From Amoebidium appalachense (taxonomy: Eukaryota; Protista; Ichthyosporea), in contig CAVNZM010000017.1 in assembly GCA_963693365.1 (NCBI GenBank), forward strand, positions 1,589,989 to 1,653,988: DNA of 64,000 nt. The letters run 5' to 3'. This document shows, piece by piece, positions 1-14,838 of this stretch. Both the position numbers and the translations under genes were made by a program. Position 1 is the first letter of the stretch. Every line of letters starts with the position of its first letter. The notes under the pieces were generated by a model. It worked only from the letters and a program-made list of their open reading frames with translations. It did not search any database and was not told where the DNA came from.

Positions 1-6
1 TGTGTA

Positions 7-64
<58 letters not shown>

Positions 65-152
65 GGTGGATGAGTGTGGGCGTGGGTGTGTGGGTGCATT
101 GTGTGTGTGTCTGTGTGTGTGTGTGTGTGTTGGTGTGTGTGTGTGTGTGTGC

Positions 153-200
<48 letters not shown>

Positions 201-781
201 TGTGGCTCGTGGTGTGGTGTGTGTGTGTGTGTTTGGGGGGGGAGGGAGGGGGGGCTTGTGTGTGTGGGCGTGCGTGTGTTTGGGGGGGGGGGGGGGGGAG
301 GGAGGGGGGGGGGGCTTGTGTGTGTGTGTGTGTGTGTCTGTGCGTGCGTGTGCGTGGTTGGACGTTTTTCTTATGCTGCTTCCTCTCTGTTGGTGTACAC
401 ACCACGTTTCAATTGTTGTTACGTATGTATGCTTGTCGGATTTTTTGTTACATGTTCCTGTGCTTGCCCCGCCCATATTTGTATACGTATCAGCTTTTTT
501 TTGTGTACCCAATCACGTGGGTAGGTGGCGGTGTCGAGGGGCTTTTTTTTTTTTTTTTTCTTTTCTTTTCTTTTTTTTTTTTTTTCCCCTTTTTTTCCCT
601 CCCTGCGACGACGGTGACAGTGGGGTTGGGGGGGGGGGGGGGGGGGGGGGGGGTGGGTTCGTGTGTCTTTGTGTGTGTCTCCAAACACATTTTCCCACGC
701 ACCGTGCCAAAAACACTTCGACATTTCTTTTTTGGCTTTCAAATGGCGTAGGCTTCCGGTTCGCTCTGTGCCCATTTGATC

Positions 782-816
<35 letters not shown>

Positions 817-990
817 CCTATGATGCGTACTGTGCGCATTGCTGATGTTGCATACTTGAATGTTTGCCTTTGCATGTGTCCTGCACCATGCTTCTCATCG
901 TGTATGTGTACTTCGTACCGTGTTCCGCATTCAACCCCCCCCCCCCCCCCCCCTTCCCCCGCGCGACTTTTTTTTTTTCTCCCCCCCACA

Positions 991-1112
991 GAAACAGGAA
1001 ACACAGTGGGAAGTATTGACACAGCCCGATTTGTGCAGGTTTCCAGAGGCCTCTGCTCGTTTTTCGGCGGAGAAAAACTAGTGCTTGAAAACGACGATTG
1101 CCCTCCGCGGCA
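991..1112 (+). other. Isolated exon-like segment of an unidentified gene
   Basis: Pyrimidine tract plus CAG acceptor, open frame [39 protein letters not shown], and a GTAAC donor, all embedded in microsatellite. Confidence 0.3.
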
Positions 1113-1137
1113 GTAACAGAAGGGTGTGTGTGTGTGT

Positions 1138-1201
<64 letters not shown>

Positions 1202-1517
1202 TGGTGGTGGTGGTTTTTCTTTCTTTCTTTCTTTTTTTTTTTTTTTTTGGGGGGGGGGGGGGAACAACAGCAAGTTGAGGGAGGAGGAGATGGGGGGTAG
1301 GTTTGCATGTATTGCCCAAAAACGACGAATGGCTGTTTAAAATAGCTTGTCATTACAGATTTTGCACAAGCATATATCATGATGAATGGACGGCTAGTAG
1401 CCTTGACTTGTGATAAAACACACACACGTATACGTATGGACGGTAGGCCAACTCGCTCTATAGCTATTGCATCACATGTGTACACCGATTACACGTTCAG
1501 TCGTTTTTCGCTTGCCC

Positions 1518-1549
<32 letters not shown>

Positions 1550-2084
1550 ACACACACACACCTACAACACACACACACACACACTCAGTCGTCTCCCTCT
1601 TTGTGGTTACAGCCAGGGGAGGGTGCTAAATCGTCGGGCGGCCGGGGGGGAGGGGGGGGGGGGGGGGGGGTTATATTGATCGTTGACTGTATTTAGGAAC
1701 ACTGATTAGAAATGCCTGGGGCTTACCATATACGAAGGACTCGTGTAGCTGTGTGTGATTAGGCAGAAGGCTTGATTGATTATTCGGATTCATTCAGATT
1801 CAATTTGGTTGCGATTTGATTGTTTCAGTAGAATGAGAAAAATGTGAGCCTAGCGTGCTAACATAAAACACCCGGGCCGCGGGTGTGTGTGCTTGCTTTA
1901 CTTCATGTATTAATGTTGGATATACGACTACATTTTCAGTAAGCTTCCTGTATGGAAGAAAGATTGCATTTTGAATGTTTTGGGTCATAAAGTATAGAAA
2001 CTAATATCAAAAATGAAAATCATCGAAAGTTCATGTAAACACGATCCTATGGGTGGTTTACGAGCTCACTTATGATGTGATTGT

Positions 2085-2137
<53 letters not shown>

Positions 2138-2396
2138 CACGCACGTGTCGGGCGCGGTTGGGTGTGTATACCGTCTATGTGTGTACATGTGTGTGTGTGT
2201 GTCTTTAAATTTACCTGTGTGATCATATGTGTTTGTGCGTGCTATCGTGACGCATTTGGTGTGTGTGTGGGCGTGTACGTGTGTGTACGTGTGTGTGTGT
2301 GTGTGTGTGTGTACATAATGTGTGTGTGTAGACACTAAATCATGTGTGTGTGTGAGTGCGAGTATACCGTGGGACTCTTCGAATGTGAGTGCATAT

Positions 2397-2443
<47 letters not shown>

Positions 2444-4896
2444 GTGTGTGAATGTGTGTGTGTGTGTGTCCCGCGGGCCCAAGAAATGGCTAGTATATAT
2501 ATATGCATTAGAGACGTGCATGACACGTAGGGGCTCCCTATCGTAAAAACGATTTTTTTGAATTTCGTGTCCCACATATGCACTTGATGTCTGACATCAT
2601 GTATCGACAAAAAAGACAGTGTCACTCCATGATTCATGCCAGTTTGCCCGCGGCCGAACTTCGCAGTTTCGTCACAACGCGTGGGCTGTGTAGGCACGGG
2701 TGGCCTGATGTCTATCCGACTTCGTTTGCTCGAAGTTCCTTCCATGGAACCGTTGCCAGGCCCTCTATACCGGAACGCACACGTGCAGGAGTGGAAAAAG
2801 AGCACATATTTGTTCACTATATACGTATTTATATATATGTATCAGAGGTAATAATTCGGCGTGCCCACATATAACAATAACTACTGTAGACGCCATAAAA
2901 GCAATGTGTTCAAAAATCGCCGTCCCCAGTTGAATCAGTAGTACATTATGGGAAAGCCATCATCATGATCGCGTAGTGTTATGGTGAGCGCGGAACCAAT
3001 AGGAAGGGGCTTGCTTTCCCGGATAAGGAGTCCCCAAATACCTACCTATATTAGGCTTTCGAAGATCTGGCCCTGTAAGCGCCACGTTGGCATACGATTT
3101 TCTTATTTAACTACCAAGAATAAAGTATCTTAGATTGATTGGGTCAAAAATTAAATGAGAAGTGCTTCTATAGAAACCTCGATTGTAATGTAATTGACGC
3201 TTACACGTAATTGACGCTTACACGCACGGAAAGCTAAGAAATCTCAATGGGTTTAAGGGGGAACAGGCCGGGTAACGTTACCGAAATTTACTTTATGATC
3301 ACATGTACATTGTCAGTTGCCAAATTTTTTATCCATGTAGCACGTGCTGTGCAGTAGAACAAAGCTAATGGCGAATTATCACTATTTCAACAGCATTTTT
3401 ATTATAGTTGTTAAAAGGAAAACGTGCAATATATGTCCGTAGTAGAACATAGATCCGAAGAATCGATTATCCATGATTTGGAAATTTTTGAAAAATGCCT
3501 TTTGACATGAACGACACCCTCACGCTTAGAGAGTATAGGGAGTGGTCTATTCCGAACCAGATGGAACCCGATAATTTTCTTGGTCAATCATTTCGCAGCA
3601 GTATCAGTTATTTGTACCAATAGGAAACGCTAACGCCGCTTATTCAGCCCAGATGCATCGTCCCGGATTCATTGGCCTGTTCCACTTATTGAAACGAATG
3701 TTCTTTACGCTATATACAAATTATTCCTTTAGGTCATATGATATATGTATGTTAATATAGATTGTTACACAATTAGTAGACATTTTAATTGCAGGGGCTT
3801 GAAAAGGACACAGTCCATTAGGCTACGTAAGTCACCGGGCTCAGGCATGAGCCACAGCAGTGATCTCCACCTACCCTGGAATTGAAAGCTCCTAAAGTAT
3901 CCAAAGATGAGACATTAAACCCCCCTTGTATAAAGCTAGGTCCTCTATAGGCTCCCCCCTTTACACTGAAGCTCAAAATGACGGAGATTCATTTTTACTT
4001 TCCAGATTTGTGATCAACCCCTCATTCACCGACACGTGGCGGGCGGTGACTGATGTTTTCCTTGTGCCATACGCACGCGTTTATGCTTATCGTCTCTTCA
4101 AACTTGAACTACATACGCATTGCATGTTTTATGTTTTCAGAGAAGAGACATAGGGACAACACATCACAAGTTTCTTTTTCGATAGGTAATACATGTACTG
4201 ATTGCTTGTATCTTGTGATTTGACCCAACGTGATAACAAAACTTGACCCAAACGAGAGCGCTTCTTTTTTTTTTTTTCTCTGTTCAGGATCGAAAACACA
4301 CACTCAATCCCTGTCTGTATAGAAGATATTGCGGATTTCTTCACGTAGAAGGGGGTGTATTCTCACATAGATTTTTCAAACCAAATCCAAAGTGAAGGCC
4401 TCACTTATTGTTGATGCCATTTACATTCAATGTAGTGAATAGGTACGCGAGGCCCTAACGTCTAAATTCTTGGTGGAAAAAGTAATACACCAGAACATTG
4501 AACGAACTCGAGAAGTAACCCTTGGAGTATTTTTCATACAGTTTTTTTCATGCACCGTTCCGAACTTTAGGGGTTGTTCGAAACTACACGACTGTGATTA
4601 CACAATAATTGCAACAGTTGCCACACCTGTCAGTTTAATTTTTGCCGTTGTAGAACATAAATTTTTCTTTTTTTTTTCGTTTCAGTTTCTTGTGACACAG
4701 CTTTTCTACGTTTACACTTCTGTCGAAAATTGACGAGAAATCGCACGGATAGCAACAAGAGTGACTTCGTTTTGTGACGGAACCTGACAGAAGTGGAATA
4801 GATTTGACGTCTGTGTTTTATTTCTCAGAGAAAGCATCACAACACACTCTTTAATCAAATTCAAAACCAAATATACCTTTTCTTCCTTCATTGTAG

Positions 4897-5086
4897 TTCG
4901 GCATGCCCACTTCTTAAGGAAAGGAAGGTTTCTGTTTCTGGTGCACCAAGGCACCAAGTTGTTGATTCAGGTTCTTCTGCTTTGGAGCTTTCGTTTATCG
5001 ACTTGTGCGCACCGACGATTACTGGCGAAGAAAGGACTGTTTGGAGGTATGGAGTGATGTTGGCTCAGTGTCTGTAGGCACGTGCC

Positions 5087-5120
<34 letters not shown>

Positions 5121-6031
5121 CGTGTGTTTGTTTTGTGTGTGTGTGTGTGTGTTACACGTGTTCTTGGTTCTACTGTGTGTGTGCACATGCCCAACTTGCC
5201 TACGGTGCCTGTTGGTGCTTGCAAAGCGCAAACACCCACGCGTGTGTGAATGTGCTTGCATGTGCATGTCTGTGTCTGCCACATGTCTGCGGGTGCATAT
5301 ACCTCTGCAGTGTAAGATTTCCTTGCTGTGTGCTTGTGTGCGCATGCGCTGTGACATTCATCACTCACCACGCTGATAAACATGAGCACACATGCAGGTA
5401 CAGATGTGCATGCAAGCACACATGTTTGCACGTCAAATGCATGTGCTTATGTTATGATAAGCACAACATCCGCACACGCACACACATGCAGACACTTACA
5501 GCACACATGCACGCAAACGTATGATTATGATGCATTTTATAACAGTCGGGCTTCAGGTGGGTGGAAGTGGTTACTTTTTGTGTGTGGATAGGGGGGGGGG
5601 GGGGGGGGGGGGATGGATGCTTAAATACAGAAGAAGACTTTGAGATAGAGAGAAAGAGCGCGCGCAAAAGAGGAGAAAATTTCTAGCCCTTCCCTTTCTG
5701 ATCATTTGACACTTACCGTAACCATTATATTTAACCCATCTCTCTCTCTCTATCTCTCTCTCTTTCTTTTTTTCTTTGTTTTCTTTCGTTCTTTTTTCTT
5801 TTTCTTTCTTTCTTTTTTTTTTTTTTGTGCAGAATGACGGGTGGACGTTTTGGCACAATGGGACGGACCAAGGTGCGGCCAAACAAACTTGCCGATGCAT
5901 CCGTCAGCTTGTTGAGTAATTTGCCAGACCAGGAAAATGCCACAAAAGTATAGAGCCCCCCCCCCCCCCCCCCCCGTGCACCCCGCACCCCACCCTCCAA
6001 CAGCAATACCCCCTCCCCCCCCCCTCCCCCC

Positions 6032-6064
<33 letters not shown>

Positions 6065-6176
6065 ACACTCACACACTCCATTTGTGTTTTTTTGTCTGCT
6101 AGCCTTCTCGTCTCAGTTCAAGACGAGTAAACCACCCACGTTTCCGAACAAGCAGTATTTTTGTTGTTTGGTGGGT

Positions 6177-6207
<31 letters not shown>

Positions 6208-6300
6208 TCTGTCTCAAGACAGTGGTGAAACAATCTGTACTTGGGCGCTGTGCTGTGTTTTTAAGAGTAGGTATACTCTGGGCTGTCTAATATTATCATA

Positions 6301-6336
<36 letters not shown>

Positions 6337-6469
6337 CTTTTCTTTCTTCTTCTTTTTTTTTGGCCCCCTGAGTGGTGCATTTCCATCTCCAGTATTTGTA
6401 TCTCATTCTGTGTGACACAAATATGCTAACACGAATGCATCTCCCCTTTTAACGAAAACACACACACAT

Positions 6470-6506
<37 letters not shown>

Positions 6507-7035
6507 CACCGTGCAGACCAAGGGGGTGCAGGGGGCCAACACATCTGTTCAACAACTCGACGTTTCTGGATATCTCCTCGGTGTCCCTCTCGGTACGTGC
6601 ACACACACACACCAACATTCACATTCACATTCACACACACATACACAAACACACAAACACACAAACACATACACATACACATGCTGTATACAAGTTATTG
6701 TCTAGAAAACATAAACGTGACTCACAAATGTGCATGCACATATTTTCAAGTTTGTGAAATACTGAATTGGCAAATAACAAAATGCTGCCATATCTAGACG
6801 ACAAAAAACACATATACCCCTAGAAATCTACACACGTGTTTTCTCGTCCGTGTTCCCGTGCACGAGTGGTTAAGGAAACGAAACTTCTTTTGTTTAGGCA
6901 CAGAACACCCTTAAGCGTTCTTTTTAAGCATAGTCTGGATTGCATATTTGATTGGTGTATGGTTCGTGCTACCTTTTGGCCTCCGACGTCCCGCCATCTA
7001 ATGCATACATCCAACTCCCTCTCCGCCCCTTCCAA

Positions 7036-7083
<48 letters not shown>

Positions 7084-9403
7084 TTGCTGTGCAGAGAACA
7101 AATCCAACCGGGCACGTCCCAAGACTAGTCATCACATGGTAACCCTCCCCCCCCCCCCCCCCCCCCCCGCCCTTGTGTTTCGAAAAGTAAAGTAAAGCAG
7201 AAAGACGGTAAAATCTTCCCCTTTAACACTCTGTAGACGTAGCCGTAACAAGCCAGCAAGTATACACGTCTTACCGGGAAGAAAATTTTTTCAAGCACTG
7301 ACAGTACACCCCTTTCCCCAAAAACGCACACGAACACACACACACACACACACACAGTGTGGATTTTCTCAACCGACACGGGCTTGAGACAGAGGGGCTT
7401 TTCAGAGTGCCAGGATCAAATCGCGCAGTCAACCAGGTTTGCCCCCCCCCCCCCCCCCCCCCCCCCAATTTTCCTCCCACAAACACACACGCATGCACAC
7501 TCATACTCACACTCTCACGCACGCACAAAAGGAAGTAGGATGGAGCGAGGAGAAGGAGTGGAAGAAAGTGTTTGTGCACGCACAAAAACGTATAGTCGAG
7601 CTTTCGTGCAGTGCGGGAGGGTCTAAGGCGTACCCTAGCTATTTGGTTGTGAGCAGAACTAAACTGTCACGTTCAACCAAGCTGCATAAACGTCCAAGCC
7701 TATGCAGACTCGTCGCCCACGCTCGTGCGCACGCACACACACACAACCACGAAGCACGTGCACTTAGGCACACACACTCATACACACACACACACACACA
7801 CGTCAATCTACTTTTACTTGTATTACCCACACTCTTTTTTCTTCTCCTAACCACTGTTTGGACTTTCATGCACACAGTACCTGGTGGACTTTGAAACGGC
7901 AGCGTGTGAGTCAGCCGGTGAGGAAGACCCAGACCATAAACTTAAAACCGACACACACAGCAGACGGACGAGAATGATTGGTGCGCGCAGCTTATTCGAG
8001 GTAAGTAAAATTTAGTAATACTGGGCATGAGACATTGTGTGTCGAGCATTTGGAGACATACACATGCACGTGCACACATGCATAACTCACACATGTGCAT
8101 ACGCACACACAAACACACGGACATGCATACACATGTGTGCGCATGCACACACATACACACACCACATGCCATAGACACTCCGAAATGTGTGCGTGCAGAC
8201 GGACACACACATGGAGACACGCACGAGCATTAGCAGACACGCACGAAGAAACAAGCAAACACAGTTTTTGACACGCATGGCAAATACACGCATGCACACA
8301 CATGCGAAAGTGCACCAGAAGCCCATCCCCACGTCCACATGAACATGCAGTTGAGACACCTGCCACACACACACACACACACACACACAGATGCACACGT
8401 TTCCCTACATTCTCTCCCCCATTATCCTCTCATACACGAGCATGTTTTTCACACCAGAGCAAAAAGCAAAAGAATTCAGTAGTAGCAAGGTAATGAAAGA
8501 AAGGTCTGGGGCATGCAACAGCCATATTTGGGCATACCAACCACCATATTTAGGCATATGGCTCACCGTGCAGCCCTATTATCTAAAGCAATGGACAGTT
8601 CTTGCGCACGCAACTACTACATTTGGGCAAAGAACTACCATATTTGGGCACATGGCTCACATGATTGTCCAATCAGGACGCAGATGGGCAGCCCACAGCC
8701 GACGTGCACGATGTGGCCAGTGTTCTCCTCAAATACCTGCGCATGCTGCCTGAGGTAATTTTGAAAAAGTTTTTGATTATAAGTTAGCATTATAATTTAG
8801 CAAGAGGATAGATAGGAAATGGAAAAACGCTAGCAGCTAAAATGCTACGATCAAGGGTTTGGGGGGGGGGGGGGGGGGGGGGGGGGGGAGGAAAGACTTC
8901 TAAAACAAGGGAATTTGAAAGAGTTACAGGGTCACTCCTTCCCCCTCCCCCAACACACACAGTGTACACGCAGACATGCACGCACACACACACACAACAT
9001 ACACACACAGGTGACGACCGCACACCCCACTTAGCAACAACACCGATTTTCTTTGCACCCCCGTCACCCCTAAGCAGCGTGAAAATCAGGCAGTGAAAAG
9101 ATAGAAAGGCTATTGGGCTAAAGGTGTTTGTCTCACGAAGGGATCAACCAATAAGAAGCCAGAGAACATATTTGCTGACATGCCGCACATTCCACAGGGT
9201 CTACTAACCAATCAGATGCTTGTGTTTTTCAAGCGTCTCGCCAAAACTGTCGTCACCCAATCAGCAGGCTTCTCCCGTATGAACATGACAAAGGGCCAAG
9301 TATGCGCAGCACAATGTATGCTACCCTCCTCCCTCCTTCCCCCCTCTCCGCGGCCCAACACACACACGCATACATGCATACACGCACATGCACATGCACA
9401 TGC

Positions 9404-9446
<43 letters not shown>

Positions 9447-10362
9447 AAACGGTAAGCTTCTAGCTATAACGTTGAAAGATTATAACGTTAATATTTAAAC
9501 GTTAGAAACATTTTTTAACGTCAAAAGATTTTTTCCCTACGCTTTTGCAGCTCCTTGCCCACCTGCCACCATCCCACAACCCTTCCCCTCTCCTGCCAAT
9601 GTTCCCTGTAAACATAAACTTTAAACTTAAATTTAACACTAATTTTTAACCTTCAGCGCTATTGCGGCTGCTACCCGCGTGTCACCGTGAGACGCTGCAT
9701 CTATTAATAGCGCTGCTGGCCAACATATGCAGCAACTCCTACATCAACTCCATGACGTCATCAAACCTCGCAATATGGTATTGCCACATACTCCCCCCCC
9801 CCCTCCCCCCCCCCCCCCCTCCCCCTCCCCCCCCCCCCCTCCCCCCCCCCCCCCCCCCCCCCCCCCAGGCTCCCCTGACAAAGTACGGGCCCTATTTTTC
9901 CCCCTTATTTTGTTTCCCCCCCCCCCCCCCCCCCCCCCCCCCCACCACCACCACCACACACACACACACACACACACCTCTACCCTTGTATTTGACCTAC
10001 CCATGGGCTCTACAATTCCGTACAGCACTCTAACCTTCAACCTCCCCCCCCTCCCCACCACCCCCCACACCATCACACCCAACTTCTTCTTCTTTTCTTT
10101 TCTTTTCTTTCTTTCTTTTCTTCTTCTCTCTTACAACAACAGTGTTGGAAGGACGCTTGCAGGGGACGACCCATCAATCGTTCACGTTCTAGTCGACAAC
10201 TACACTGAAGTGTTTGGGTCCATGGTGGATTCGGGCACTCCCCCCGCAGCAAAGAATGCATCGTGCATGAGTATGGATGACAGGGCACTCGTGGTCGCTG
10301 CACTGACGAGCTTCAACGAGGAGAGGGAGCAGGAGGAAGTGGTACCGCCGTTGGAGAGGTAC

Positions 10363-10393
<31 letters not shown>

Positions 10394-11434
10394 GGGGGGG
10401 GGGTCTGTGTGTGGGATGGGGGGGGGGGGGGGTGAGATGGGGGCAGGAGAGGTGTGTGTGGGGAGAGGTGGGGTGGGCGGGTGTATGTGGTTTTTTCCCC
10501 TCCCCTTGGAGTGTGTGTAACTCCACAATCACACACACACATAAATACTGGACCTGCCTGCCCGCCCGTGGGCACACATGAACACACAAAAATTAACGCA
10601 CAAACACACACACACACACTGGCACGCACACACGACACACACACATCTACTTCCCCATCTACAACATACACACACACACACACAAGCACATATCTGCATG
10701 GCATTGCACGCCCATCACTGCCCATAATTCGACAGACAGAGTTCTGTGTGGTGCACACAATTGGCTAGATGCCACGCCTTTACTACCTACCAACAAGCAT
10801 TTTGAATCGCCCAATGACTTTTTAACCAATCACATTTCCCTTTCACATCCAAGACCACTTACCTCATGACTTCTAACCAATCACATTTCCCCCTTTTAGG
10901 CGTAAGACCACCTTACACCACCCCATTGCAACCATGCTCGTCCGCAAGAAGTCCCAAGGGTTTTCTGGCCTTGAAACCGTACAGAAGCAACAACGGTAAG
11001 ACAAACTTCCCGTATCCTGCAAAGTTTTTTTTTTGGTTTCGGCGGGGGGGGGCGGGGGGGGGGGGGGGGGGGGGGGGGGGGCTGTATTTCTTTGTGCTTC
11101 GTGGTGTTCGAACCCCCCCCCCCCCCCCCCCCCCCGAGGGTTATGGTGAAAATATGATACATCTCGCAGATGTTGGTTACTTTCATATCTCCTATTGCAT
11201 AGCATTACGTGTCCGGTGTCATGTACCGTGTTTCTCGACGTGTATGTGTCTGTGCGTGTGCAGTTGTGTGTGCCCGCGCACTTGCATGATATTTTTCATA
11301 TGCGGGAATGTATAACGTCGCCAGGTATATACAGAGTTGATTTATCCTATGCTAACCACACCCATCACCCCCCCTTTACCCCCCCCCCCCCCCCCCCCCC
11401 CCCCCCGCCCCCAACACACACACACACACACAAC

Positions 11435-11472
<38 letters not shown>

Positions 11473-11606
11473 GCGAGACTTCGTGGAACCTTGGTAGCAT
11501 AGTGGGAACGGCAAGTACATGCACCACCTACTACCAACAAGGGGTACGCCCACGTGTTCACACACCCGCCCCGACACCCACCACAACACACAAGCAAAAG
11601 AAATAA
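4897..11606 (+). CDS. Rho GTPase-activating protein (RhoGAP domain), multi-exon; 5' end uncertain
   Basis: Phase-consistent GT-AG exons: 4897-5046, 5833-5947, 6517-6592, 7081-7138, 7358-7436, 7878-7905 (or -8000), 8684 (or 8677)-8754, 9198-9276, 9657-9777, 10143-10358, 10900-10995, 11474-11606. The translation carries RhoGAP motifs LLGVPL..VPRLVITCVDFLNRHGLETEGLFRVPGS (arginine finger), DVHDVASVLLKYLRMLPEGLLT, LPACHRETLHLLIALL..NSMTSSNLAICVGRTL and IVHVLVDNYTEVF. Confidence 0.92.
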
Positions 11607-12495
11607 GAAATATACATTGAAGTTGTCGATATATATTGGGTGCATTGCAAGCACAATGTGTGGGGCAAGACGCTTTTTTCTTTACTGCCACGGTGTGTAA
11701 CTTGTGTAATTTCCTTTTCAATAGTACCGGTATTTGGGTGGGTTGGGAATGATTTGGTCTCGAATAGACTGTAAAAATGGTGTAAATATTTCGGTATGTT
11801 TCATGTTGTTTCGATGGGTGCGTTTGTATATGTTTAATATTAGTTTGCTAGCCAGGGTTGGAGCTGTATGTATAGAAATCATTTAGATTGCAGTTAACCG
11901 CAAACGAACCATGCCGAAAGGGGAAAGAAAGGCGAAAGAAAGGAGGAAAGAAGGAAAAAACACGGGCTTTAGAATGTAGGCACAGTTCATTTTGGGACCC
12001 CAGAAAAAGTTTGTTCACGTTTGGTTAACGATCTCCATATTCCCCCCTTTTTTCTTTTTTTTTTTTCTTGTTACCCACAAAACGCTATTGAATCACGAAG
12101 GGGAAAATGTCTTAGAGCATTGAGATGTAAAATTGTTTTTCGTACAGGCCTAAAAATATCTGGAAATACAAAACATGTATATGTAGAATTCATGCAGTCA
12201 AAATCTCTTCTTTTAAAAATTATCCTTCCCATTCTATTGGCTAGAGTTTTGAGTTTATTACTTTTTGATTCACGCATCTGCTTTTTCAATATGTTGTGGC
12301 TACGTTCTTGGTGATACCCATGTACACCCACACATACTCGCACAGAAATTACTAGAAGAAGAAAGAATTCGGCGGAACATCAGGAGTGTGTACATTTGGT
12401 CTGAGAGTGACCAATAAAGGATCATGTGCACGTGCTGTGCGGCAATCCACATCATGTGCACGTGCTGTGCGGCAATCCACAACAAGGTATATTCC

Positions 12496-12537
<42 letters not shown>

Positions 12538-12890
12538 GTTTTTTGTTTGCCCGTTCATTCTGTGTTCGTTTTTGTCTTCTGCTTGTCCTTTTACTGTTCT
12601 TTTTTTCTTTCTTTCTTTCGGTTTCCTTCTTTTTTTTCCCCCTTCTCATTTCCTTTCTTACTTTCTCTCTCTCTTCCATTGTGTATTTCCTCTTTTAATG
12701 AAGAACATGTAGCGTGCATCGCGAGGAGTGCACACGCTCGTGCACACACACACACACACACACACCGTACACACACACCTGGAGTAAACATAGAAACACC
12801 CAAACCTGGCATGGACAGTGTGTGTTTGGCAGTTTTGCTTTACGTACCACGATTATGGCAGTATTATCAATATATATAATGCGTTGTTTG

Positions 12891-13591
12891 CCGGACCTCA
12901 AATCCGGAATTTGGAGGGGACCAAAGGCCATTTTGTGAGGCATCAAAAACCATCGAAACGTTGCTTAGTTGTTTTTATGACATCAAAATCGCTAAATATT
13001 CTTGCGATACTAATGAAAAAGCCTAAAATAACTATATATTTGATAATGAGAAAATTGAAATATAGTGCCCTAAAGTTGGGCCCGAGAGGATGTACGTACT
13101 CGGGGCTTTGAAGTAAAAAGAAAAAAACCAGCGGTTTCGGAGTCTACCGTGAACGCGCTGGGCTGAATGACGGCAGAGATCAGGTGATTCCCGTATCAAA
13201 ACGGTTTTTGTTTCTAACCCAGAATGGAACGCACCTTTTTTAGTGCCGGACCTCAAACCCGGAATTTGGAGGGGACCTAAGGCCATTTTGTGAGGCATCA
13301 AAAACCATCGAAACGTTGCTTAGTTGTTTTTATGACATCAAAATCGCTAAATAATCTTGCGATACTAATGAAAAAGCCTAAAATAACTATATATTTGATA
13401 ATGAGAAAATTGAAATATAGTGCCGTAAAGTTGGGCCCGAGAGGATGTACGTACTCGGGGCTTTGAAATAAAAAGAAAAACACCAGCGGTTTCGGATTCA
13501 CTGTGAACGCGCTGGGCTGAATGACGGCAGAGATCAGGTAATTCCCGTATCAAAACTGTTTTGGTTTCTAACCCAGAATGGAACGCACTTT
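12891..13591 (+). repeat. Tandem duplication of a ~355-bp unit inside the Helitron-like element
   Basis: CCGGACCTCAAA..GGAATTTGGAGGGGACC..AGAATGGAACGCAC occurs at 12891 and 13246 with high identity. Confidence 0.95.
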
Positions 13592-13758
13592 TTCTAGAGA
13601 AATTCGGCGACATTTGTTTTACAACGTATTATATCATTGGTACAACGACATTTTGAAAATTTTAATGTAATAGAACTACCAATCCAATCACAAAAACCTC
13701 AAAGGTCTGCTAACACCGGTTTAGGGGGACACGGGGATGAGGACGGTAAATTCTATAT

Positions 13759-13799
<41 letters not shown>

Positions 13800-14310
13800 G
13801 GCCTGTGGCACACACACACACACACACACACAAACACATGTACATTTTAATGTTTTAATAGCAGACAGTTGTTGAAAAAAATAGAGTAAAAAACACAACT
13901 AAATCAACTCAGTAATGTGAATATGACATTTGGGGCGAGTGTCGTAGAAGGGTTTGTGACTGATAATGATTATTTTTTTACACTAGAGCTAGGGTGATTC
14001 AAGCTGGGCGGTGGTCATTGGTAATTTTTTTTATTTGTTTTTTTTCCACATTTACACACAAAGTAATAATCGAATAGAATACAAAAACAACTAAGAAGAA
14101 AAAAACGCATACAACCTTCACTTGGCCCACACACACACATTCACACACACACAAACATGCACACACACACACACACACACACATAGACGTTGAACACAAT
14201 GAAAGGAAATATATCTAGAAAACACGGGTGCCATGATTGCAGTCACTGAGTATGAAAAGACATAAAAAAAAAATTGGGGGGGGGCAGGGAATGGGAAGAG
14301 GGCCGGGGGA

Positions 14311-14358
<48 letters not shown>

Positions 14359-14755
14359 TGCTTTGAAGTAAACTGAGAATAGTATAATTGCAGTACTGAC
14401 TTGTGAGCATGGTATATTGACACACACCGTAGAATGATGATTTTATGTTCGGGAACATTTCGGGGGGGTGCCAATTCCAGACTTCACTGAAATATGTTGC
14501 CCACCTGGCACTCAGTGCACGTGGAAAGTTTTATTGCCTGTCCATGCATATCATCGGGTTACCAAACAGTTCTGTAAAATAAGTAAAACAACAAAATAAT
14601 AAAAATATTATAAAAATTTTGCAAGCAATTTAGAACATATATATTGCACTTGGTGGTTTTCAGCTACATGTTTTTGGAGGACCACAAGTAAACTTGGTAC
14701 TTCGGCAATGGCAATCTCTCCCGGCCCTAGACTGATAACACAGTGTGGCAAGAAA

Positions 14756-14834
<79 letters not shown>
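14756..14834. repeat. Poly-G homopolymer, ~79 nt (longest of very many G/C runs)
   Basis: Directly visible. Confidence 0.95.

Positions 14835-14838
<4 letters not shown>

Noticed and set aside
6-1340. Long CV/HT/poly-G/poly-P ORFs here and throughout (e.g. 33881-35104, 56167-58021)
   Set aside because: These are translations of microsatellites and homopolymers that lack stops, and are open in several frames on both strands.
7530-7690. PH-like exon (EWKKVFVHAQKRIVEL) within RhoGAP
   Set aside because: No convincing splice sites, and the flanking exons join well without it.
12421-12480. Short perfect tandem duplications (also ~3189-3224, ~22785-22855, ~43738-43788)
   Set aside because: Ordinary local slippage duplications with no further structure.
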